Below, piece by piece: positions 9,496 through 17,721 of a stretch of DNA of 29,575 nucleotides. Below the pieces are notes generated by a model. It saw nothing but the letters and a program-made list of their open reading frames with translations, searched no databases and was not told the DNA's origin. The position numbers and the translations under genes are program-made. The stretch lies in the NCBI GenBank assembly GCA_036009285.1, contig DASYMB010000235.1, forward strand, positions 1 through 29,575, written 5' to 3'. Within the stretch, counting starts at the first letter, position 1, and each line of letters starts with the position of its first letter. The stretch comes from Pyrinomonadaceae bacterium. Its GTDB lineage: Bacteria > Acidobacteriota > Blastocatellia > Pyrinomonadales > Pyrinomonadaceae.

Positions 9496-9547
9496 GGTGG
9501 GTGAATCGTAAATAGTAAATCGTGAATAGTAAAACGTTCCGGATGAT

Positions 9548-9675
9548 TAGCCGCGGATAAACGCGGTGGCAGGTCAGAACCACCTGCGGTAGCGGGTGGG
9601 GTCCTCAGACTGTTGCCCGCCCGCTACCGCAGGCGGTTCTGACAGATCTAAGCCGCGTAAATCCGCGGCCAAAAA
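9548..9675. repeat. Nested repeat: family A doublet (9573-9643) inside family B arms (9548-9566, 9653-9675)
   Basis: TAGCCGCGGATAAACGCGG, then GTCAGAACCACCTGCGGTAGCGGGTGGG...GCCCGCCCGCTACCGCAGGCGGTTCTGAC, then CCGCGTAAATCCGCGGCCAAAA. Confidence 0.85.
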
Positions 9676-9680
9676 CTTCC

Positions 9681-11066
9681 TTATTCCACCTCATAACCAG
9701 CATCGATCCAGGCTCCTGTGCCGCCGGTAACATTCAGAAGATTGGCGAAACCGTGCTGCTCGAGAATGCTGGTGGCTGCACTCGAGCGATAACCCCCGGC
9801 GCAGATCACTGCGGTCGGTATCGTTGGATTAAGCCCGAGGTTGGAAATGTTTTTCTGCAAACTGAGTAGCGGCGCCGGCACGGCATGAGGCACGTGTCCG
9901 CTCTGGTATTCGGGAGGCCGACGAACGTCCAAAATTTGTAACGGAGTTTCTTCTGCAATGAGCTGGTTCAATTCAGCAACCGTGATTTGCGGGATGGTAG
10001 CGAGTTCCAGACCCCACTCACGCCAAACTTCGACACCGCCATCGAGGTAACCCTTCACACTTTCGCATCCCACTCGGGCCAGACGGACCACAGCTTCATG
10101 CACTTTCGCTTCCGAATCGGTGACGATCACAATTGGCGTTTTCATCGGGATCAGTATTCCAGCCCAAATGGCAAACTGGCCCGCGAGACCAATGTTAAGA
10201 GAGCCGGGTAAATGTCCACCGCCAAAGTCTGCGGCTGAACGCACGTCGAGAATCAGGTAACCGTTAGCCGCAAGGTATTCCACCTCGTGCGGCGCCAGCG
10301 GCGCAGGAGATTGAACTTCAACCAATGCGGGCGCGCCGGTTCGATTTATTTCCGCGTCTTCGGGAAAGTAGGCGGGCGACTCGGGCAAGTCGGCGGTCAT
10401 CATTCGCACAAACTCATCTTTCGTCATCGGCTTGAGTGCATAGTTAGATAGCCGTTGCTCGCCAATAGTCGAAGATGTTTCCGTCGACAAGTTGCGTCCA
10501 CACATTGAGCCGGCGCCGTGGGCCGGATACACCTCGACGTCGTTCGCAAGTTTCAGGAGTTTGCCGTGAAGCGTGTCATACATCATGGCGGCCATCATCG
10601 GCGGCGTGTAACCCTTGCCACCCGCGAGATCGGGACGGCCCACATCGCCAACGAAGAGCGTGTCGCCGGTCAAAACTTTCTGCGGTCGATCGGAAACCTC
10701 GGAATCAATCACCAGTACGGAAATGCTTTCCGGTGTATGGCCCGGTGTTTCCATGATACCCAGGATGACTTTGCCGAGCTTGATTTCATCGCCATCGCAC
10801 ACAGCCGCGTGCGGAAATGTGGCCCCGGCCTTTGCGCCAATAACAATTTCAGCGCCGGCGCGCGCGGCGAGTTCCCGATGACCACTGACGAAATCGGCGT
10901 GCAGATGCGTCTCGATCACGTATTTGATTTTCAGCCCCAGTGCTTCGGCTTCGCTCAGATAGTGGTCCACGTCGCGCTGCGGATCAATCACCGCCGCCTC
11001 GCCATCAGAACCAATCAGGTAAGAAGCATGCGCCAAACAGCCGAGATAAAATTGCTTGAAGTACAT
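9681..11066 (-). CDS. MBL-fold persulfide dioxygenase-like hydrolase fused to two rhodanese domains (CstB/Blh-like)
   Basis: ETHLHADF, TPGHTPES, LTGDTLFVGDVGRPDL and PAHGAGSMCG. The first rhodanese domain lacks the catalytic Cys; the second has ICAGGYRS. Start chosen at MYFKQFYLGCLAHASY. Confidence 0.92.
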   Translation of the reverse strand: MYFKQFYLGCLAHASYLIGSDGEAAVIDPQRDVDHYLSEAEALGLKIKYVIETHLHADFVSGHRELAARAGAEIVIGAKAGATFPHAAVCDGDEIKLGKVILGIMETPGHTPESISVLVIDSEVSDRPQKVLTGDTLFVGDVGRPDLAGGKGYTPPMMAAMMYDTLHGKLLKLANDVEVYPAHGAGSMCGRNLSTETSSTIGEQRLSNYALKPMTKDEFVRMMTADLPESPAYFPEDAEINRTGAPALVEVQSPAPLAPHEVEYLAANGYLILDVRSAADFGGGHLPGSLNIGLAGQFAIWAGILIPMKTPIVIVTDSEAKVHEAVVRLARVGCESVKGYLDGGVEVWREWGLELATIPQITVAELNQLIAEETPLQILDVRRPPEYQSGHVPHAVPAPLLSLQKNISNLGLNPTIPTAVICAGGYRSSAATSILEQHGFANLLNVTGGTGAWIDAGYEVE

Positions 11067-11219
11067 AACAATAAGCGGCCTGCTGCAGCGCACTTAAGTA
11101 CGCAGTTTCGGTATCATCTTTGAGGGAGCAAAAAAAGTCATAGAGTTACTATTCTAACTTTAGAACAGCTTATGCAAACAAATGAAGGCTCGCAAGGGTA
11201 GTGCCCTAGTTTAGTTTTT

Positions 11220-11290
11220 GTAACGCAAACTGTAGTTTGCGCGAGCGTTGAATGCCATTCACCCATCGCAAACTAACAGTTTGCTTTACA
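11220..11290. repeat. REP-like doublet, family C (GCAAACTGTTAGTTTGCG)
   Basis: 11267-11290 is the exact reverse complement of 26781-26804. 11220-11241 matches the reverse complement of 26842-26864 with a 1-nt gap. Confidence 0.85.
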
Positions 11291-11323
11291 TATTAAGGCA
11301 CCACTCTCGCAAGACTGGATTCC

Positions 11324-11643
11324 TCAGGGAATATCCAAATGTTGAAAACGAGCGGGCTGCATCTTTTCTATGGCTTCCGCAATCAAGGAGCCGGCAGCCT
11401 GAAATGCGGTGGAGGTCGTTTGTTTGAAAGCTCCAGAATGGAGATGAGTCTGCCAGTCAGGTTTTGTTGATAGCGAATGTTCTGGTCGGAGGTAATGAAT
11501 AGATCAAATTCGGCTTCAGCTCTTTGCAACAAGTCGCCATTTCTTCGGCCACTCCATCCCTGGCCTTGCACGCTGGTGCACGAGTGGCCCGTTATTAGGC
11601 CGTGCATCGGCCAGGGCACGCACTCGTCCAGCAGAATTTTCAC
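11324..11643 (-). pseudogene. DUF5615 PIN-like toxin (VapC45-like), frameshifted near the 3' end
   Basis: MKILLDECVP...NGDLL..AE..FDLFITSDQNIRYQQN. Removing one extra A and one extra T around 11402-11427 restores LSTNDLHRIQAAGSLIAEAIEKMQPARFQHLDIP* (105 aa). The GTG start overlaps the DUF433 stop (GTGA). Confidence 0.75.
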
Positions 11644-11855
11644 GCGGCGGGAGAAAGCAAAGCCTGTTCAGAGCGTTCCAATACCTGACAGGCCAAGTCG
11701 CGGCTCACGGAGGGAAAGCACTCCAGAAACTGCTCCAATGAGTAATCGTTTTCCAAGTACTCAAAAAGAGTCTTCACCGGCACACGCGTACCTTTGAAAA
11801 CCGGCGTACCACCGAGAATCTCAGGGTCAATGGCGATGAGGTCGTTGGTGGTCAT
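11640..11855 (-). CDS. DUF433 domain antitoxin (VapB45-like)
   Basis: I.IDPEILGGTPVFKGTRVPV.TLFEYLE...SLEQFLE.FPSV signature, coupled to the DUF5615 gene. Confidence 0.92.
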   Translation of the reverse strand: MTTNDLIAIDPEILGGTPVFKGTRVPVKTLFEYLENDYSLEQFLECFPSVSRDLACQVLERSEQALLSPAA

Positions 11856-11917
11856 GGATCTGAGTTTAGTCGAAGGGTGGCCGTGCCGTAAATGCCGAAT
11901 CAATCAACCCTACCAGA

Positions 11918-14900
11918 CTAAACATGCTTCAACTCGGACCGCTCTGGCAAGCGATAAAACTCCCGCGCCGGCTTCAATGGGCGCAGCATCCAGTAGGGGC
12001 GGCGAGTGCCGTCTGGTGAATATTGATCTGCAGGTCGCGTCATTGCCAGCCACTTGCGGTAAACCTCGCGCGACTTCTCAGTATCCACAAATACATCGCC
12101 GGTGTTATCGCCGGGTTCGGCGACACGCACGCGCACCGCCTGATGCCAGCAGTGCATTCCCGAGATTGGATCGGGATGGACTGGGAAAGTCATATTCTGA
12201 TGAACGCCCACGTCGCTCCACCAAATGCGCAGCGTATCAGGGTCGCTTGACTCGTAGGGCTCGGCGCCTTTCTCACGTTTGAGTCCCCACTCGGTTCCAT
12301 CGTGATCGAGTTTCACCGTCGCCATCAACTGGCGTTGTCCCTGTTCACTCAACTTCCAGCGGCCCATGTGATGCGAGCAGGCAACGATGCCGGGACGAAT
12401 GCCTTCCGTCACCCATGCGCGCACCACGTAGTAACCAATCTCGGTTTCCACGCGCAACAGATCGCCGGTGCGCACTCCGAGTTTCGCCGCATGATTTGTG
12501 TGAATCCAAAGTGGATTCGTATGCGCGATTTCATCGAGCCATTTGGCGTTAGCGCTGCGCGTATGAATTTGCACCGGCAAACGAAAAGTCGAGATCAGGA
12601 TCGTTTGGCCCTCTTCGAGGTTGTCGGGATGAACGTGGCTCTTGATGTAAGTGGGAATCGCAAACTCATGCCAGCCCCACTCGGACAACGTGCGCGAATA
12701 GAATTCCAGACGGCCGCTCGGCGTGGGAAACCCGCGCTTGATTTCGTTTCCGACTCTAACACCTACGAAGCGCCGGCCATCTTCCTTGCCGTCGCCATCG
12801 GGACTCGGCACCGGAACGACGTTGGGCGATGCTGGTTTCGGCGCCCGCGTGTAGACGCGGCCACGTTCGTCCTCGCGAATGTCTTCGATCTCTTCCGGGC
12901 CAACGGGTTCTTCATATATCGCGCCAACTTTTTGTTTCACCTCGAAAGCGCCGTAGCGACGCATGAATTCCAGCGGCGTCAAACCTTCCGCCGCCGCTTT
13001 CTCCGGCAATCCAGGAACGGAGTTGTCGAAAATCCATTCGTAGTATTCATCCACACCGAGCCGCGTGCCCGGATTCTTTTTTGATTCGACGTACTGGCGT
13101 ATGCCGAGTGAGCCGTCCGGATCGATGCGCCAGGTCAGTTCCAACCAAAACTCATTCTCTTCCCAAACCTCGCCGGGATTCACTTTCCGGGTATCGTCAA
13201 TCGTTTCCCCTTCGCGCTGCCGATCCGCTTTCTTAACCGGCTGACGAAATCCCAACCACTGCGCGTCGTGCGTTTCGTATGAATGAATGTCATGGCGTTC
13301 CGAGCCATGGCCCATCGGCAAAACGTAGTCGGCGAAATAGGAGGTCTCGTTCCACGTCGGTGTCAGCGCCACGTAACAACCGACCAGGTCCGGATCAGTT
13401 AACATCTCGATCCAGGAGAAGCCGTCAGGATTAGTCCAGACCGGGTTGTAGACGCGCGTGAAATAAACATCGAGCTTGGCGCGTCCGTCCTTTAATAGAT
13501 GCGGCAGCAGGAACGACATCTCGTGCATCGCCAGCGGATACTCGCGCGGCCACTGTGTTTCGTTCCACATCCGCGGATGTGGCGGCGTGTAGATTGGCTT
13601 AGGCACAAACTTGTTCCAGGCATTCGGAAACACGCCGCCTTCCGTGGCGATCGCGCCGAGCAGCGCATTCAACATGAAGACCGCGCGCGCAACCGCCCAG
13701 CCGCCGCTAACTCCCGACGTCACGCTGCGCCAGTTGTGACTGGAGAAGCGCGTGCCCGCCGTCGCAATCAACTTCGCAATCTCTTCAATAGTTCTGGCGT
13801 CAACGCCGGATTCACTCGCGGCGAAGTCGAAGGTGTATTGCTGATACGTTTCTTTGAGTGCCGCCTCGAAGGTTGCGAAATCGGTTTTTACTGGGACCGC
13901 GGGCGTATCGCCCGTTTCTTCGCGCCGTAGGTGCGGAATGTTTATGGCGGCATCATTTCCATTTGAATCTTTTCCGAGCGCAGCAAAACGCTCGGCATTC
14001 TGCTCCGCTCGAAAGGAGGGTTGTGGTAGTGAGTCAGGTTCCATAAACATTTCGCCGCTCTGCGGCTGTGCTTCTGATCTCTGACCGACCTCTGACCTCT
14101 GTTCTAAGTATTCTTCCCAGTTCCACCAACGTCGCACAAACTCGCGGTTGTAGAGATCGTTTTGAATCAGATAATTCGCAATCGCCAACAACATCGCGCC
14201 CTCTGAACCGGGATAGGGCGCGACCCAGTAGTCGGCATGCGTGGCCGTGTGCGAAAGCCGCGTGTCGAAGACGATTAACTTGGCGCCGTTGGCTTTGCCG
14301 TCAATGATGCGCTGCGCGTGCGGGTTGAAATAATGGCCCGATTCCAGATGCGCGCTGATGAGCAGGATAACTTTGGCGTTCGCATGGTCGGGGCTGGGCC
14401 GATCAAGTCCCATCCATAGTTGATAACCTTCGCGGCTGCCGGAGGAACAGATGTTGGTGTGCGAGTTGTGACCATCAATTCCCCAGGCGGCGAGTATGCG
14501 TTCGGTGAAACCATCTTCGCCCGGCCGGCCGACGTGATACATGATCTCGTTGCGACGCTCCTCGACGATCGCTTTGCGAATGCGCGAGGCGATATCGTCA
14601 AGCGCTGCGTCCCAGCTAACGCGTTCCCATTTACCCTGGCCGCGTTTGCCGCTGCGCTTGAGTGGGTAAAGAATGCGATCCGGATCGTGAATCTGGTTGA
14701 GTGTTGCCGGACCTTTGGCGCAGTTGCGTCCGCGCGATCCCGGATGCTCGGGATTGCCTTCAAACTTCTGGATCTCGCCGGTGATCTTGTCGATGTAGGC
14801 GAGCAGCCCACACGCTGACTCGCAGTTGAAGCAGGTCGTGGGAACTAATGAATAGTGACGCTCCTTGCGCCGCGGCCACGCTTGCGAATCAAGCTCGGTC

Positions 14901-15034
14901 CAGTTGTCCCAACGCTCCTTCGGCGGATACGCCGCGAGATGGCTGCGCGAAGGGCCGGGATAAAACGTCTCGCCACGCGCTTCTGTTTCTTCCCGCGCAG
15001 CACCAATCAGTTGGTTTGATTCGTCAGGGTTCAT
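11918..15034 (-). CDS. Molybdopterin (bis-MGD) oxidoreductase catalytic subunit, DMSO reductase family, Psr/Phs/Ttr-like; no Tat signal
   Basis: FS0 motif C68-x2-C71-x3-C75...C105-A-K-G, then DPDRILYPLKR.G.RG.GKWE.VSWD. Candidate Mo ligand C196 (HTNICSS). Also ADYVLP and a C-terminal Mo-binding domain (F.TPSG.LEF; LWIH...A.KLG...GD). AGGAGA RBS. Confidence 0.93.
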   Translation of the reverse strand: MNPDESNQLIGAAREETEARGETFYPGPSRSHLAAYPPKERWDNWTELDSQAWPRRKERHYSLVPTTCFNCESACGLLAYIDKITGEIQKFEGNPEHPGSRGRNCAKGPATLNQIHDPDRILYPLKRSGKRGQGKWERVSWDAALDDIASRIRKAIVEERRNEIMYHVGRPGEDGFTERILAAWGIDGHNSHTNICSSGSREGYQLWMGLDRPSPDHANAKVILLISAHLESGHYFNPHAQRIIDGKANGAKLIVFDTRLSHTATHADYWVAPYPGSEGAMLLAIANYLIQNDLYNREFVRRWWNWEEYLEQRSEVGQRSEAQPQSGEMFMEPDSLPQPSFRAEQNAERFAALGKDSNGNDAAINIPHLRREETGDTPAVPVKTDFATFEAALKETYQQYTFDFAASESGVDARTIEEIAKLIATAGTRFSSHNWRSVTSGVSGGWAVARAVFMLNALLGAIATEGGVFPNAWNKFVPKPIYTPPHPRMWNETQWPREYPLAMHEMSFLLPHLLKDGRAKLDVYFTRVYNPVWTNPDGFSWIEMLTDPDLVGCYVALTPTWNETSYFADYVLPMGHGSERHDIHSYETHDAQWLGFRQPVKKADRQREGETIDDTRKVNPGEVWEENEFWLELTWRIDPDGSLGIRQYVESKKNPGTRLGVDEYYEWIFDNSVPGLPEKAAAEGLTPLEFMRRYGAFEVKQKVGAIYEEPVGPEEIEDIREDERGRVYTRAPKPASPNVVPVPSPDGDGKEDGRRFVGVRVGNEIKRGFPTPSGRLEFYSRTLSEWGWHEFAIPTYIKSHVHPDNLEEGQTILISTFRLPVQIHTRSANAKWLDEIAHTNPLWIHTNHAAKLGVRTGDLLRVETEIGYYVVRAWVTEGIRPGIVACSHHMGRWKLSEQGQRQLMATVKLDHDGTEWGLKREKGAEPYESSDPDTLRIWWSDVGVHQNMTFPVHPDPISGMHCWHQAVRVRVAEPGDNTGDVFVDTEKSREVYRKWLAMTRPADQYSPDGTRRPYWMLRPLKPAREFYRLPERSELKHV
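13880..14104 (-). repeat. Stack of REP-like palindromes and heptamer filler, translated in frame inside the molybdoenzyme
   Basis: CTGGGACCGCGGGCGTATCGCCCG (13891-13914). Inverted arms GCCGTAGGTGCGGAATGTTTATGG (13924-13947) and CCATAAACATTTCGCCGCTCTGCGGC (14041-14066). Hairpin CCGAGCG/CGCTCGG (13974-13995). TCTGACC-type heptamers (14073-14101). Confidence 0.65.
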
Positions 15035-15266
15035 TATCTCCTGTTGGCCCTCGCTTTGCCTTAACGGGCTATTCTCTGATAAGCGATATCAAATAAGTTT
15101 TTTGTGATTGGCAAATCATCTGGCCTCTTCTGCCTAGGCCGCATCAATTTGCTTTTTGATTCAGACCGTCCAGGCTTTTCAAGCAGGAGCCAGAGAGCAT
15201 TTGCGAGTGCGCCAAGGCGCTAGAGCAGCGCAGCCTCAATAACTGATTGAAGTCGTGAAGCATAGA

Positions 15267-15605
15267 CTAGCTCGATCGCAACAACGTATTCAGCTTTTTC
15301 AACGCTTCATCCGTTACAGAAGCTGGAAGTCTACAAATCAATTTGGTGTCACGAGCTTTCCAGTCGAGATTCTTGACTTGATCTGACAAGATTGCTCCCG
15401 TCACCTTCAAACCGTGAGGGATGATTACCTCAAATGGGTAGCCTTTGATCTGATTTGTAATCGGGCAAAGAACAACGAGGCCGACTTTGCGATTGTAGGC
15501 GACAGGCGACAACACCACTGCCGGTCGCCTGCCCGCCTGTTCGTGTCCGGCTTGTGGATCAAGCGTAACCCATACGGCATCGCCTCGATCGGGAGCATAC
15601 GCCAT
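15267..15605 (-). CDS. mazF: MazF/PemK endoribonuclease toxin
   Basis: P.RGD.VWV.LDPQAGHEQAGRRPAVVLSP..YN.K.GL...CPIT.Q.KGYPFEV; ILSDQVKNLDW.AR. TAATG overlap with mazE. Confidence 0.95.
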   Translation of the reverse strand: MAYAPDRGDAVWVTLDPQAGHEQAGRRPAVVLSPVAYNRKVGLVVLCPITNQIKGYPFEVIIPHGLKVTGAILSDQVKNLDWKARDTKLICRLPASVTDEALKKLNTLLRSS

Positions 15606-15847
15606 TACCAAACCTCTTTTCCAAGCGAAGCCCCGAAATCGACTTCCGAGTGAAGATTCTTTTTGGTTACTCGAGCCAGCAAATCCTCTAAGGAGTAATT
15701 TTGTTCTTTCGTCGGTTCCACGATCATTCTGCCATTGTCCAGCGATAAATCAACCACTGTGCCTTGCACTATGCTTGAGTGCGTCGCAAAAGACTTGGGA
15801 ATTCGCAACGCCAAACTATTTCCCCATTTTTGAATTGTAGCTTTCAT
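15605..15847 (-). CDS. mazE: MazE/AbrB-family antitoxin
   Basis: IQKWGNSLALRIPK...YSLEDLLA.VT..NLH.EVDFG...GKEVW. GAGGAGGA RBS. Confidence 0.95.
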   Translation of the reverse strand: MKATIQKWGNSLALRIPKSFATHSSIVQGTVVDLSLDNGRMIVEPTKEQNYSLEDLLARVTKKNLHSEVDFGASLGKEVW

Positions 15848-15923
15848 CGTCTATTCCTCCTCGGTGTCTACAATGAAGATACTACAAGTCGAAGTCGGAA
15901 AACCATTTCAGCACAGCAAAATG

Positions 15924-17522
15924 TCACGCCAGCGGCACCGATTGTCCGGCCTGCACGTAAGCATTCTCGTAAAGCATCATTCCAACTAAGGCCAGCGGCA
16001 CGCCAACGACGCCCAGGGATATGCTGACGTAACCAAGAATCGCGAGCCACGGCAACAGTCCGCCGAGAAACGACAGTGCAACACCGATCCAGAAGTCTCC
16101 CTTGTAACGACCACGTACCATTTCCCAAACAGCAAGACGCGCGTGGGCCGTTGAGTGTGTAAGCGACACTTCACCCCAGATCATCAGCAAGTGGAGCAGG
16201 CTTGTTATCGCGAGCAACCAAATCGAAGCCGCCACAGGAGGAGCCGTGCCAATATGGGGGTCGAGAATGTCCCGAGCGTTCGGACCGACAGTCCATAAAG
16301 TAATGAACAGCAGCACAGCCGAGCCCAGCAGCAACGCCTGCACAAGCAGATGCGGAGGCAGCAGCGGGTTTTGCCACATGTCGCGCGCCTTTGCTTGCGC
16401 AAAAAGAAAAGCCGTATAGATCGCGGTCATGATCGACAACGGAATTCCCGCGAGCATCAACCAACTTTGCAGTGTTCTTGATCCCAGCCAACTGGCAAGG
16501 AAATGAAGCGCGAGGACAAGCGTGTAGCCGGCAATGATGAATGCGCCTTTCACCAGCCAACTGCGCCACTGCGGTCGCGTGAAGATCAGATAGAAGCGCT
16601 CCGGATGTTCGAGGTCCCAGATTAAGAGCCCGCCAGTGATCGCCAGAAAGACGCCGGAAACAAGCGGCGTGGCCCAGAGCCAAATAGAATTGTTAACACT
16701 TAAGAATCCAAACCAGACGAGCAATGCCACAACGAGATACACACCAGCGGCAATCCCCTTGGTCCAGGTATAAAGGCTGACCTTCCAGTCCCAGGGAATC
16801 GCGTGCGCGACGTCATAGGAAAGCAGCGCCGCTGCCGAGCTGTTGTTGTAGTTTGGATTCCCGGAAACGACTTGCGACGAACCTTCCTGCTGCTCGCTCC
16901 ACATGAAGAGTCCGCCGTCGGGTCGTCGTGCGGCGAGCGGATCGAGCGTCGACTGATGCGCGCCCTTGTAAAAAAGTTTCGGCAGCGTTTCCTTCTCGGG
17001 TCGCCTTACAGCGACCGCCTCGCGATTGACGATTTGCGAAACGTACGATTCGGTATCGTTCAAGTCGCCGATTAGAATTGCCTGCGTCGGACAGACGACC
17101 ACGCACGCGGGCTCGAGACCCACGTCGATGCGATGCGCGCAGAAGTTACATTTCTCGGCTGAATGATCTTCGGGATTAATGAAAATCGCATCGTAAGGGC
17201 AAGCGGCCATGCAGGCTTTGCAACCGATGCAGATCGACTTATCAAAATCGACTATGCCATCGTCGCGCTTAAACATCGCGGTGGTGGGGCAGGCGGTGAC
17301 GCATGGCGCATGAGCGCATTGGTTGCAACGCGTGACTTGATGTGCGCGGCGGGCCTGCGGAAAAATTCCTACATCAACATGCTTCACATAGGTGCGCGTC
17401 ACCGAGAGCGGCACCAGATTCTCCGACTTGCACGCGGTGGTACACGCATGACAACCAATGCAACGCGTTTGGTCGATGACCTTGGCCCACTGCACCGCGC
17501 GATTTTGTGGTTCTTCGAGCAT
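15924..17522 (-). CDS. Fusion of a 4x[4Fe-4S] DmsB/NrfC-type subunit and an NrfD/PsrC-type membrane anchor (about 8 TM)
   Basis: Cys clusters CIGCHACTTAC, CNQCAHAPCVTAC, CIGCKACMAAC and CNFC...PACVVVC. NrfD features W.W.VSLY..TKGIAAG, DLEHPERF..I..RPQW.SWL..GA and about 8 hydrophobic segments. Start chosen at MLEEPQ. Confidence 0.92.
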   Translation of the reverse strand: MLEEPQNRAVQWAKVIDQTRCIGCHACTTACKSENLVPLSVTRTYVKHVDVGIFPQARRAHQVTRCNQCAHAPCVTACPTTAMFKRDDGIVDFDKSICIGCKACMAACPYDAIFINPEDHSAEKCNFCAHRIDVGLEPACVVVCPTQAILIGDLNDTESYVSQIVNREAVAVRRPEKETLPKLFYKGAHQSTLDPLAARRPDGGLFMWSEQQEGSSQVVSGNPNYNNSSAAALLSYDVAHAIPWDWKVSLYTWTKGIAAGVYLVVALLVWFGFLSVNNSIWLWATPLVSGVFLAITGGLLIWDLEHPERFYLIFTRPQWRSWLVKGAFIIAGYTLVLALHFLASWLGSRTLQSWLMLAGIPLSIMTAIYTAFLFAQAKARDMWQNPLLPPHLLVQALLLGSAVLLFITLWTVGPNARDILDPHIGTAPPVAASIWLLAITSLLHLLMIWGEVSLTHSTAHARLAVWEMVRGRYKGDFWIGVALSFLGGLLPWLAILGYVSISLGVVGVPLALVGMMLYENAYVQAGQSVPLA

Positions 17523-17721
17523 GCAAGCTCCGGTTCCAGGATTTTGCGGAGAGCGAACTATATCATGCAACTAAGAAAAGAAAACGTGCGCATTTAGTTG
17601 GAAACTAGCAGCCAGACAAGTCTGCGACACGAGTGCAGCATTGACAAAAGCACACAGGCATAAGAAATTAGCCTCGGATTATTTGTGGTTAGTTATTATG
17701 GTTTCATCAGGAGGTTTATCG

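Noticed and set aside
8452-9504. 350-aa plus-strand ORF and other long antisense or alternate-frame ORFs (e.g. 735-1298, 4800-5408, 10518-11123, 12302-13084, 26029-26580, 28240-28872)
   Set aside because: They fully overlap well-supported genes and show no recognisable motifs; such shadow ORFs are expected in GC-rich coding DNA.
14855-14875. RRK in the molybdoenzyme N-terminus (WPRRKERH) as a Tat motif
   Set aside because: It lies at residues 55-56, with no S/T-RRxFLK context and no following hydrophobic helix.
11918-15034. Formate dehydrogenase or selenocysteine-containing Mo-enzyme call
   Set aside because: There is no in-frame UGA. The candidate ligand context (HTNICSS) lacks the FDH C/U-H pair, and the partner is an NrfD/PsrC-type anchor.
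11100-15924. Transposon or integrative element carrying the TA modules
   Set aside because: No transposase, integrase, terminal inverted repeats or target-site duplications could be identified.
17641-17670. Sigma70 promoter for the seleno-rhodanese (perfect TTGACA)
   Set aside because: The -10 element at 17-18 bp spacing is poor (GAAATT or AAATTA), which is not enough support.
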